Source: Euryarchaeota archaeon UBA557 (GTDB taxonomy: Archaea > Thermoplasmatota > Poseidoniia > Poseidoniales > Thalassarchaeaceae). Taken from it: a stretch of 64,000 nt of DNA. Of the stretch, positions 19,800 through 28,957 are shown one piece after another. Each line of letters starts with the position of its first letter. Position 1 is the stretch's first letter. The DNA is taken from NCBI GenBank assembly GCA_002503285.1, contig DARI01000002.1, forward strand, positions 150,424 to 214,423. The letters run 5' to 3'. The notes beneath the pieces are model-generated. The model saw nothing but the letters and a program-made list of their open reading frames with translations, was not told where the DNA came from and did no database searches. Position numbers and translations under genes: made by a program.

Positions 19800-19910
19800 T
19801 TCAACACCTCTTGGTTTTTCGCTAAATGGTGGGCGGTCTTTGAATATGTCCCTAGATAATATCTAAAAATGACCGACGCAGTTTTCTAAGATAGGTTGTG
19901 TGATTATGAC

Positions 19911-20459
19911 ATGAAAGATCCCGGGCTCTGTCGGTTTGGAGTTTTGACTGCATCGGATAGGGCTAGTCAAGGAGAATATATTGATGAAAGTGGACCTGCA
20001 ATTGAGGAGTTCTTAGAGAAATGTTTGACATCTCCATTCGATATCACTAGAAAATTAGTTCCAGATATTCAAGATGAAATTGAAAGTTCACTGATTGATT
20101 TAATTGAACGTGATAATTGTGATGTGATAATAACAACTGGAGGGACTGGTCCTTCGTTAAGGGACGTGACTCCTGAGGCGACTGAAAATATTTGCGATAA
20201 AATTCTTCCAGGTTTTGGAGAACAAATGAGGAATATATCATTAAAATATGTCCCTACTGCCATACTCTCTAGACAAGTGGCAGGAATAAGGGGTAAGTGC
20301 CTAATTATCAATTTACCAGGATCTCCTAGGTCAATTAGAGAAATTTTAGATATAATTTTTACCAGTGTACCGTATTGTGTAGATTTATTAGGTGGGCCCT
20401 ACATAACTACAAATCCTAAAATTATTCAAACATTCAGGCCTTCTAAAAAAAATAAGTGA
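19911..20459 (+). CDS. mog: Molybdopterin adenylyltransferase
   Basis: SDRAS.G.Y.DESGP, TTGGTG...RDVTPEAT, PTAILSRQ, NLPGSP. Confidence 0.93.
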   Translation: MKDPGLCRFGVLTASDRASQGEYIDESGPAIEEFLEKCLTSPFDITRKLVPDIQDEIESSLIDLIERDNCDVIITTGGTGPSLRDVTPEATENICDKILPGFGEQMRNISLKYVPTAILSRQVAGIRGKCLIINLPGSPRSIREILDIIFTSVPYCVDLLGGPYITTNPKIIQTFRPSKKNK

Positions 20460-20465
20460 ATACTG

Positions 20466-20861
20466 ATGATAAATTTTAAATTTTTTATTACTATAATTTT
20501 CAGTTTGATGTTTGTAGGAGTAGGGATAAATCATTTTTTAGATACTAAATGGTTTGAGCCGATCGTTCCTGAAATTTTAGGTAGACCTATTTTTTGGATA
20601 TATTTATCTGGAATATTTGAAATTTTACTTGGAATTTTAATATTATCGAAGGAACATAGAAAAATTGCATCTCTTGGAATAGTTTTATTATTAATTATTC
20701 TTTACTTAGCCAATTTAAATATGTGGATCAATGATATTCCAATAGGGGAGGTAAAATTCAATAATTTGGAACATTTTGCAAGACTTTGCATGCAAATAAT
20801 ATTAATTTTTATGGCTCTTTACATAGGTAATTGGCCTCCATTTAATAAAAATGATACATGA
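20466..20861 (+). CDS. DoxX-like small membrane protein
   Basis: GINHF...IVP, SGIFEILLG, ANLNM, RLCMQ; 4 hydrophobic segments. Confidence 0.75.
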   Translation: MINFKFFITIIFSLMFVGVGINHFLDTKWFEPIVPEILGRPIFWIYLSGIFEILLGILILSKEHRKIASLGIVLLLIILYLANLNMWINDIPIGEVKFNNLEHFARLCMQIILIFMALYIGNWPPFNKNDT

Positions 20862-20924
20862 AATATCAAATAAAATTAAATTATTGACACGAATGATTCA
20901 TGAGATATATGCCAACCGGAAGGC

Positions 20925-21749
20925 ATGGTAAAGACGAAGGGTGACGGCATCAGTGCCGCGAGAGGCACAAATGAAATTAGAAAAATAAAAGTAGAATTGG
21001 ACTTTACTCCTAATGCTCTTTCATCCGTACTTTATACTCAAGGAAATACAACAATATTGGTCTGCGTCACAAAGGCACCGTCTCTGCCTAGGTGGTTTCC
21101 AAGAGATTCTCAAAAAGGATGGGTTCATGCTGAATATTCATTATTACCAGGATCTACAAATACCAGATTTAGAAGAGAAAGGAGCGGAGCAAAGGGCAGA
21201 ACTCAAGAAATAGAAAGATTAGTTGCAAGGTCCTTAAGAGGGGCTATAGATTTAGAAGCATTAGGACCAATTGCGTTGACAATTGATTGCGATGTGCTCA
21301 ACGCTGACGGAGGAACAAGATGTGCTTCAATTACTGCGGCATGTATAGCAATGCGGCTTGCAGTAAGAAGGCTTATTTCATCTGGAGACTGTTTGCCAAT
21401 TGAAATGAGAGCTACTAAAGAAGATTTGAAGAATGGGTGGAGTGCACCTTTGTTGTCTGATGAAGAAAAAATCGCACATGAAAATACCGTTATTGTCAAT
21501 GATGTTGCAGCAATAAGTGTTGGAATAGTAGATGACCAGATTTGGACAGATCTGGATTACATATTAGATAGTAACGCTGATGTAGATATGAACGTAGTCA
21601 TGACAAGTGATGGAGAATTTGTTGAAGTTCAAGGGACGGGTGAAGAAGCTACATACTCAAGGTCACAATTAGATGATTTACTAGATTCGGCAACTTCTGC
21701 GATTATTCAATTACACGTACTTCAAAAAGAAATTTTATCTTCTAAATAA
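20925..21749 (+). CDS. rph: Ribonuclease PH (bacterial type)
   Basis: GWVHAEYSLLPGST, GRTQEIERLVARSLR, DCDVLNADGGTRCASIT, DVDMNVVMT, FVEVQGTGE. Confidence 0.93.
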   Translation: MVKTKGDGISAARGTNEIRKIKVELDFTPNALSSVLYTQGNTTILVCVTKAPSLPRWFPRDSQKGWVHAEYSLLPGSTNTRFRRERSGAKGRTQEIERLVARSLRGAIDLEALGPIALTIDCDVLNADGGTRCASITAACIAMRLAVRRLISSGDCLPIEMRATKEDLKNGWSAPLLSDEEKIAHENTVIVNDVAAISVGIVDDQIWTDLDYILDSNADVDMNVVMTSDGEFVEVQGTGEEATYSRSQLDDLLDSATSAIIQLHVLQKEILSSK

Positions 21750-21759
21750 TTAGTAAATG

Positions 21760-21835
21760 TGGTGGGACTGGCCGGACTTGAACCGGCGGCCTCCGCATCT
21801 TCAGTGCGGCGCTCTCCCAACTGAGCTACAGTCCC
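21760..21835 (-). tRNA. tRNA-Phe(GAA), CCA encoded
   Basis: Minus strand reads GGGACTG TAGCTCAGTTGGGAGAGC G CCGCA CT-GAA-GA TGCGG ... GGTTCAAGTCC ... CAGTCCC ACCA; 76 nt cloverleaf. Confidence 0.97.
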
Positions 21836-21884
21836 TTATTCAGTTCCCAAGACAAGTAAGACTTCAAACCTTCCAAGAATAAAC

Positions 21885-23009
21885 TTAAAAAATGTCATCA
21901 TCATCATTTTTTTCTTCAAACGAAATCATATCATTGGCCTTATTACTAGTTTTCTTAGGATTTATAGTTGAAATATCGTTTGTAGATTTATGTTTCGAGT
22001 CTACATCTGGAACTTTCGGTATTAAAATTTCTTGCTCGTCCATTCCCAGTTCTTCTGGATCAAGCCCCTGGTGAGTCGCAAGTCTTAATTTACGCTCATC
22101 TCTTGCCCTTATTTCCAATAATCTCTGCCTTGCCTTATCATAATGCTGTAACATATACATAGCGTCGTGCTCAAGTAACGGGGAGTCGGAAATTATAGTA
22201 ATGTCCATCCAATCTCCTTCTTCTGCAAGAAATTCTGCGAAGGGTTCAAATTTTAAATCCGATTTTTTAATCTGAGTATAATGTAGTGCATTTCCCATTC
22301 TATGCTCAACACCTGCGAAATGGCAATAAAATTTTGACCCACCATAATTTTCTCTTACTTGATCAAATAATTCTGCATAATCCTCACTTGTCCTCATTCT
22401 ACCATGGCCCCTGGCATGTATGTGAGCCATATTAAGAACTGGTACTGTGCCTTCAACGTGATTACATACTTCTAGAACTTCTTCTACAGTGCCCCATAAA
22501 TCCTGCCTTCCCGATGTTTCAATTCCAACTAAAGATGGTTCTGCTTCATGGACCCAAGGAAACGCAGAATATTCTTCTTCTTCTTTTTCATCGCCCCATA
22601 TACTACGTACTCTATCAACAACTCCTGAAAAAATATTCACTAGTTCTTCATTAGCCTTTCCTCCTGGCTCATAATCTCCATATGGGCCAACATGGTAGGT
22701 AATGTGTCTAGCATTTACTAATTTTCCAGCCTGCATACTAGCTTCCATTTTTGAAAGAGTTCGATTTCTTTCTCTTTTACTGCCTAATAATTCGGCGTAG
22801 TATGGGCCATGCATGTTCATCTCAAAATCTGATTTCCATGACAAAATTCCTGCTTGCCAATATTGATCAAAATGATGTGGCTGAACTGTCCTTACGGTTT
22901 GTACTTCCATCGCATCAAGTCCTAGTACAGTAATATCATCCATTCCTTCCACAATAGTCCTACCTTTACAAGAAAGTGGGACTCCAGCGGGACCTAATTT
23001 TAATGACAT
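21885..23009 (-). CDS. nfo: Archaeal endonuclease IV-like TIM-barrel protein with long acidic C-terminal tail
   Basis: LGPAGVP, MHGPYY, YHVG, IETSG, AHIHAR, HFAG, ISDSPLLEHDA. Start placed at ATG 23009. Confidence 0.8.
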   Translation of the reverse strand: MSLKLGPAGVPLSCKGRTIVEGMDDITVLGLDAMEVQTVRTVQPHHFDQYWQAGILSWKSDFEMNMHGPYYAELLGSKRERNRTLSKMEASMQAGKLVNARHITYHVGPYGDYEPGGKANEELVNIFSGVVDRVRSIWGDEKEEEEYSAFPWVHEAEPSLVGIETSGRQDLWGTVEEVLEVCNHVEGTVPVLNMAHIHARGHGRMRTSEDYAELFDQVRENYGGSKFYCHFAGVEHRMGNALHYTQIKKSDLKFEPFAEFLAEEGDWMDITIISDSPLLEHDAMYMLQHYDKARQRLLEIRARDERKLRLATHQGLDPEELGMDEQEILIPKVPDVDSKHKSTNDISTINPKKTSNKANDMISFEEKNDDDDIF

Positions 23010-23103
23010 ACTTGGTGCACCTAGGGCTCTTGGGAAATGCCCTCCCTTCAAAAGGAGTTTTCTAAAAACTTCAAATAATATCAATTAATTTGTTATTTCA
23101 ATA

Positions 23104-23757
23104 TTAATCAGAATATTTAGCCGCAATATATATCCCTTCATTGTCGAGACTTTGCAGTGGCAACATATTTAGAAAGTTCGCAATCCATTTTTGATATGGA
23201 ATATTACTTTCAAGTGTAACATTTAATGACCCCCTAGAATGTACAATTGTTGCTTCTTTTGATTTTTCATCATAAGTACAGACTATTGGAACGATGCCTT
23301 TTATTCTTATATTATTTAATAGATTATTCATTTCAATATTTTCTAATTTTGCAATATATTTTATAGCTTCAGTAGTCATAAATAAGATGTTTATTTGTCT
23401 AATTTTCCCTATAACAGCGCCCCACATTTCTGAAAGAAGAGTTATATCTTTTGGGACGTCAACTATCATAACGGTTTTTGATCCTTCTAATTCTCCAAAA
23501 GTCATTGAAGCTGCCCACGCATTTTTCGGAGATAATCCTTCAAGGACAGTAGTAGAGGAAATGATTAACCAATGTATATCTTGAAGATTTTTTCTCCAAT
23601 CAATATTTCCATAATTAAAATTATGGAAATATTCATGAGATTTTGAAGTTATTATGATTATTTTAGACCCCATTAAATCTGCATAATTTGACACTAATGC
23701 GCCCGAATCTGTCCCTTTTGGATTCCTAAAGTTAGCAATTGATACTGTGTTGTTCAC
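23104..23757 (-). CDS. Hypothetical protein (weak resemblance to part of the PfkB/ribokinase fold)
   Basis: 217-aa ORF co-oriented with neighbours. WLIISS, VMIVD and INILFMTTEA echo the PfkB strand order, but the GAGD motif is absent. Confidence 0.55.
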   Translation of the reverse strand: MNNTVSIANFRNPKGTDSGALVSNYADLMGSKIIIITSKSHEYFHNFNYGNIDWRKNLQDIHWLIISSTTVLEGLSPKNAWAASMTFGELEGSKTVMIVDVPKDITLLSEMWGAVIGKIRQINILFMTTEAIKYIAKLENIEMNNLLNNIRIKGIVPIVCTYDEKSKEATIVHSRGSLNVTLESNIPYQKWIANFLNMLPLQSLDNEGIYIAAKYSD

Positions 23758-23793
23758 TTACCGCACGAGTATTGTAGAGATAAAGGACTTATC

Positions 23794-24852
23794 TCAAGAT
23801 AATTTCCAACGTAGAAGGGCTATTGCTCCTCCGAAACTTGTTAATTGTTGACCTGCGTCGTGATCTTCTGACGATTGGATAACTATGCCTTTTGACTCTG
23901 AAATAATATTAACAATAATCGCCCATGCCCTATTATCTTCAATATCTCCCTCGCGTAAAAGTGATGCTTTAATCACCAATTTTTCTACTGCTCCAAGATT
24001 CGAGGCCTCATATATTTCATCAATTCCAAAGCACACATTACCACCCATAGAGATTCTTTTCAGCCCTTCTTCTATTGTCCTAATTTGTTCTATTAGGGCA
24101 TTTTTCCCTATTAAATTATCTGCTAGTCCTTCTGCAAGAACTTCATTTGCTGCTGACCTCCCCCCAATAGAAGTTGGAGCATTGAGACATTCATTTTTCG
24201 CACCTAAATTTCTAAGGTTTTTCTCGAATGACTCTCTTGCAAGTCCTGGGCCACAAATAATCAAGGGAATTTGGTTATTGAAAATTAACATACATTCTTT
24301 AGCAACCTTTACAAAAAAATTTTTTCTAATTTCAGTTGTATCTGAATATCTTTTCCCTCCTCCCCTCATTGAAAATGATGAAATATTTCTCATGCCATGT
24401 TGTGTAACTTCGAATACTAAAATATCATCATTTTCTACAACTATTAATCCAGAATTTATTTTTTTTGAATTTGAAAAAGATTCTTTTAGTAAATCTCTAT
24501 CATAATTTGGCATTCCGCCTTCTCTAGTTATTTCTAACTCGCTTCCCACAATTATAATATGAGTATGGTGACTTCCAATATCTATTGTTGCTTCAGATAT
24601 AACTCCATGGATTCTCAAATTCTCGGAAAATGATTGAAATGATCCAGATAGAACTTTCAAAACAATCCACATTGGTTTCCTCTCGGCACTCTTTGCCCTT
24701 CCATCTTCTTGAGTTCCAGTCGTAGAATCTCTACGATTTGAAAGCATACCCAAGTAGGTGCCATTGCTACAAATTTGATATAAAGTCCAAAGATCACTTT
24801 CGTTATCCACCCTAATCCTAAAGCCTTCATCAAGGGTTTTAATTTTACGCAA
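23794..24852 (-). CDS. pelA: Pelota/Dom34 ribosome rescue factor
   Basis: DLWTL, LRIHGVI...GSHHT, ICGPG, GAVEKL, HDAGQQLTSFGGAIALLRW. Confidence 0.92.
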   Translation of the reverse strand: MRKIKTLDEGFRIRVDNESDLWTLYQICSNGTYLGMLSNRRDSTTGTQEDGRAKSAERKPMWIVLKVLSGSFQSFSENLRIHGVISEATIDIGSHHTHIIIVGSELEITREGGMPNYDRDLLKESFSNSKKINSGLIVVENDDILVFEVTQHGMRNISSFSMRGGGKRYSDTTEIRKNFFVKVAKECMLIFNNQIPLIICGPGLARESFEKNLRNLGAKNECLNAPTSIGGRSAANEVLAEGLADNLIGKNALIEQIRTIEEGLKRISMGGNVCFGIDEIYEASNLGAVEKLVIKASLLREGDIEDNRAWAIIVNIISESKGIVIQSSEDHDAGQQLTSFGGAIALLRWKLS

Positions 24853-24862
24853 TTTAACTCAC

Positions 24863-26584
24863 TTATCCGAATACGCCTGTTAAATTACCATCTTCATCCA
24901 TATCCATATCAAGGGCAGCGGGCCTTGAAGGTAGACCTGGCATAGTCATCATAGAACCGCATACTGCTACAATAAAACCTGCTCCAGAATTTATCCTGAG
25001 TTCTCTAATTGGCATTATAAATCCATCTGGTGCACCCAATATTTTCTTATCATGACTAAATGAATATTGATTTTTAGCCATACAGACAGGTAGAGTATTT
25101 TTATTCCATTTTTCTATTGTTTTTAGTGTCCTAATGGCGGCGGGACTAAAATCGACTGTCTGCGCACCATATACATTTGTTGCAATTTTCAATATTTTTT
25201 GCCTTACATCTAAAGTTGGATCAACGATAGGGACGTATGGACTACTAGCTTGATTATGGTTATTGCAGGCTGCGACTACTGCATCTGCGAGATCCATTGC
25301 TCCAATGCCTCCTCTGGAGTGGCCTTCAAAAAGTACTACTGCATCAGCCCCTGCCTTTTTTGCTTCATTAGTTAATGCGTCTATTTCACCGATTGTATCC
25401 GTTGAAAATTTATTTATGGAGACAACAATGGGTATTTTTGTAGATGTTAGATTCCTAATATGCCTCCTTAAATTAGTAGCAGAGCCTTTTCTGACTGCAT
25501 CGATATTTTCCAAACTTATTTCTGATTCGTTGGGTCTGGCGCCCCCTCCTGTAGAAAATCCTCCTCCATGTAGTTTCATGCTCCTAATAGTAACATTTAA
25601 TACAATACAACTAGGGATAATTCCTGATGCTAATGATTTGATATTAAGTGCCTTCTCAGCCCCCATCTCAGCCCCAAATCCTGCTTCTGTAACGACAAAA
25701 TCTGAACATGATAATGCAATTTTATCAGCAATTATTGAAGAGTTTCCATGTGCAATATTTGCAAATGGGCCGCAGTGAACAAACGCAGGATTTCCCTCTA
25801 TTGTTTGAACTAAATTTGGCAGAAATGCATCCCTAAGTAAGAGCCCCATGGCGCCTGCAGCGCCTATATCATTTGCAGTAACAGGTTCTCCATCTTTTGT
25901 TTCAGCAACTATGATTCGCCCTAATCTCGATCTTAAGTCTTTATAGTCCGACGATAATGACAAAATTGCCATTACTTCGCTTGCGGCTGTAATGTCAAAA
26001 CGATCTGTTCTATCAAGTCCGTTTGAAGCCCCTCCTAAGCCTATTATTACTTCTCGTAAACTTCTATCATTCATATCTATAACTCTCGGCCAAAATATCC
26101 TATTTGTATCAATTTTAATTTGATTACCCCTGTGTAAGTAATTATCTAAAATTGCAGAACATAAATTATGTGCAGAAGTTATAGCATGTAAATCACCAGT
26201 AAAATGCAGATTGATTTGTTCCATAGGCAGTACTTGGGAAAATCCCCCTCCTGCGGCACCACCTTTAATTCCAAAAACGGGCCCTAATGAAGGTTCTCTG
26301 ATGACGCAGCATGCATTATGTCCTTGTTTATTCAGTCCTTGATTAAGCCCAATTGTTGTTACAGTTTTACCTTCACCAAAAGGCGTTGGATTGACGCTCG
26401 TAACAAGAACCAATGAACCTTGTTTGTTAGTAATATTTTTTTGTAATGCTTTCCAAGATATTTTGGCTATGTAGGGGCCCTGTAAAATCAAGTCACTGCG
26501 GTCCAAATTTAATTGCTTTGCAATTATTTCTATCGCTGCAGGTTTTGCTGCTCTTGCAATGTCTAAGTCGCTGTCCATATTCAT
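24863..26584 (-). CDS. fhs: Formate--tetrahydrofolate ligase
   Basis: PTPFGEGKTVTTIGL, GIKGGAAGGG, GPFANIAHG, TEAGFG, MTMPGLP. Confidence 0.97.
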   Translation of the reverse strand: MNMDSDLDIARAAKPAAIEIIAKQLNLDRSDLILQGPYIAKISWKALQKNITNKQGSLVLVTSVNPTPFGEGKTVTTIGLNQGLNKQGHNACCVIREPSLGPVFGIKGGAAGGGFSQVLPMEQINLHFTGDLHAITSAHNLCSAILDNYLHRGNQIKIDTNRIFWPRVIDMNDRSLREVIIGLGGASNGLDRTDRFDITAASEVMAILSLSSDYKDLRSRLGRIIVAETKDGEPVTANDIGAAGAMGLLLRDAFLPNLVQTIEGNPAFVHCGPFANIAHGNSSIIADKIALSCSDFVVTEAGFGAEMGAEKALNIKSLASGIIPSCIVLNVTIRSMKLHGGGFSTGGGARPNESEISLENIDAVRKGSATNLRRHIRNLTSTKIPIVVSINKFSTDTIGEIDALTNEAKKAGADAVVLFEGHSRGGIGAMDLADAVVAACNNHNQASSPYVPIVDPTLDVRQKILKIATNVYGAQTVDFSPAAIRTLKTIEKWNKNTLPVCMAKNQYSFSHDKKILGAPDGFIMPIRELRINSGAGFIVAVCGSMMTMPGLPSRPAALDMDMDEDGNLTGVFG

Positions 26585-26640
26585 TCCGTGGAAGTAACCT
26601 TGTTTGAAACCTTCATTGCTAATAATCGATTGGCACGCAT

Positions 26641-27369
26641 ATGATTATGCCAGAGTACTGGGGAATTGCAGGTCATCCAATAAAACATTCTCTGACTCCC
26701 AAGATTTTCAAAATAATAGGTAAGCACCTTGGAATTGTTAATCCAAAAATGGTGTTTATTGATGTCGAAAATATAGAGGAATTTGAAAATAAAATTAATA
26801 TGTTAGAGGGGAATATTTGGATATCAATTACAACTCCTTTGAAGCATGCTATTGGCACCCTGATAGATAATAGTCAAGATTCTGGAGTAAATTCAATTAA
26901 TCAGATAATGAGAATTTCGGATAAAATATTTGGAATTGATACTGATGGTGATGGATTTGTTAATGCATTAAGATACTTTGGAATTAGTATAAGTGGCTCT
27001 AAATTAAAATTAAAGGGAGGAGGTTCTACCGCTAGGTCCATTGCAAATTCATGGAGTAAAGAAGGTGGCGAGTTAATAATAATTGAAGGAAGGCGTAAAT
27101 TAATTAATGGATCTTGGGATAAATCTATAATTAAAGATACTGAGTCAGATTTTTTCCTAGATTTGGATGAAAATCCAGGATCCCTGATTAATAAAGATTC
27201 TATGCAAAATAAATTATCCATCACTTATAATAAATTCTCAACTGAAAATGATTTTGCAATTGTTATGTTAGTTGCTCAACAATTGAAGGCTTGGGAAATA
27301 TTTTATAAAAATGAAGAATTAAATTTACCAAGTATTAAAATTGTATTAAATGAGTTATTTAATTCCTAA
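26641..27369 (+). CDS. aroE: Shikimate dehydrogenase family protein
   Basis: GHPIKHSLTP, ITTPLK, DTDGDG, GGGSTAR, MLVAQ; compact and divergent. Confidence 0.75.
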   Translation: MIMPEYWGIAGHPIKHSLTPKIFKIIGKHLGIVNPKMVFIDVENIEEFENKINMLEGNIWISITTPLKHAIGTLIDNSQDSGVNSINQIMRISDKIFGIDTDGDGFVNALRYFGISISGSKLKLKGGGSTARSIANSWSKEGGELIIIEGRRKLINGSWDKSIIKDTESDFFLDLDENPGSLINKDSMQNKLSITYNKFSTENDFAIVMLVAQQLKAWEIFYKNEELNLPSIKIVLNELFNS

Positions 27370-28916
27370 AGAGGAATATTGCTATGTTTTTTTGGTAATG
27401 TAAATTCTCTCTTAGATAACAACGGCCTTAATGCCCTTACTAAATATTCACGAGTCAGGCTAGGGTCAATAATGTCTTCAAGCCAACCTTTTTTTGCAGC
27501 AGATAAAGGATTATCAAATTTCATCATTTCATAATTTAGTATTTGCCCATATCTTTCTTCATAATCTCCAGAACCAGATATTTCTTCATCATATCTAGTA
27601 TTGGTAATCCATTTAGAATCCATCAGAGCAATGTCTCCTGATGGCCATGAAACATTATAATCTGAACCAAGTTGTTTACAGCCCATGGCTAAATATGCTT
27701 CACCATATGCTTTTTTCATGATTACAGATAATTTAGGAACTGTAGCTTCAGAATAAGCAAAAAGTAATTTTGCGCTGTCCCTAATTATTCCTTCCCATTC
27801 TTGAATTGCCCCTGGAATAAAACCTGGCGAATCCACAAAAGAAATAATGGGGAGGTTGAAGCAATCGCAGAAACTAATAAATCTGGCAGCCTTAATGGAT
27901 GATTTTGCGTCGAGGAATCCTGATAAAGAATTAGGTTGATTTGCGACGATACCAATTGAATATCCATCTAAACGTGCAAATCCTATCACCAAATTACGCG
28001 CATAATTGGGAAATAATTCTAAAAAACTATCTTTATCTGTAACTTGAGATATAACTGATTTGACATCATATGGTGATTTCTGATCATTGTTGATTATCTT
28101 ATCCAAAGAATGGCATTTACGATTCCATGGATCATCATTTTTTTCTATAATAGGATTAGAAGACATATTATCAGGAATATAAGAAATTATCTTCGATGCC
28201 ATGTCTAATGCGTTGTTTTCATCTTCAGCCAATAAACATGCAATACCGCTTCTAGCATCATATGTAGCCATATCTTCCATAAAGTTAATTTCTTCTTCGG
28301 ATTCATGCCTATTATAATCAGGATTTGAGAGAGAGATTTTTCCCGACGATGTGCCCATGATGGTGAAATCAGACAACCCTACTGCTAAGGCGCCGACTCC
28401 AGAAAGGTTACCTAAAACTATCGATATCAAAGGAACTCTTCCGGAACAAGCAGATAATATATTTAGAATTTCTCCAGATGGGCCTAATGATTTAATGCCC
28501 TCTTCGGGCCTTTGGCCTATGCCATCCCAAATTGCAATAACTGGCAAGAGAGATTTCTCAGCAAATTCTAAAATCTTGACAATTTTTTTTGCGTGCATTT
28601 CCCCAATTGATCCGGAGAATATAGATTTATCTTGAGAAAAACAAACGACTCTTCTGTCATTTAGCATACCATGCCCTGCAACAATGCCATCACCGAGCGA
28701 TTTATGTAAATGTAAATTATAATCATATGAACGGTGATTTACAAATGCATCTATTTCTACAAAGGAATCTGAATCAAGTAAAGAAATGATTCTTTCTCTA
28801 GCATTTAATTTTCCCTCGGACCTTAATTTTGCCAATACTTCCTTATCTCCAGAATTTTGAGCATCATATTGGATTGCATCTAGATTTTCACTTGGAGACA
28901 CTCCCGCCATGGGCAT
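27366..28916 (-). CDS. Acyl-CoA carboxylase carboxyltransferase subunit (PccB-like), divergent
   Basis: GKLNARERI, GDGIVAG.G, GFARLDG..IGIVANQP, FVDSPGF.PG, terminal KKHSNIPL. Confidence 0.9.
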   Translation of the reverse strand: MPMAGVSPSENLDAIQYDAQNSGDKEVLAKLRSEGKLNARERIISLLDSDSFVEIDAFVNHRSYDYNLHLHKSLGDGIVAGHGMLNDRRVVCFSQDKSIFSGSIGEMHAKKIVKILEFAEKSLLPVIAIWDGIGQRPEEGIKSLGPSGEILNILSACSGRVPLISIVLGNLSGVGALAVGLSDFTIMGTSSGKISLSNPDYNRHESEEEINFMEDMATYDARSGIACLLAEDENNALDMASKIISYIPDNMSSNPIIEKNDDPWNRKCHSLDKIINNDQKSPYDVKSVISQVTDKDSFLELFPNYARNLVIGFARLDGYSIGIVANQPNSLSGFLDAKSSIKAARFISFCDCFNLPIISFVDSPGFIPGAIQEWEGIIRDSAKLLFAYSEATVPKLSVIMKKAYGEAYLAMGCKQLGSDYNVSWPSGDIALMDSKWITNTRYDEEISGSGDYEERYGQILNYEMMKFDNPLSAAKKGWLEDIIDPSLTREYLVRALRPLLSKREFTLPKKHSNIPL

Positions 28917-28957
28917 GGGTCGTGTAACGGGTTCATCATTAAAGCGGATGGAAATAA

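Noticed and set aside
23885..24505. Long antisense ORFs (206 aa here; also 8570-9067, 25263-25778, 18698-19150, 1023-1466)
   Set aside because: Each lies opposite a well-supported gene and has the Ser/Ile/Phe-rich composition expected from antisense codon bias.
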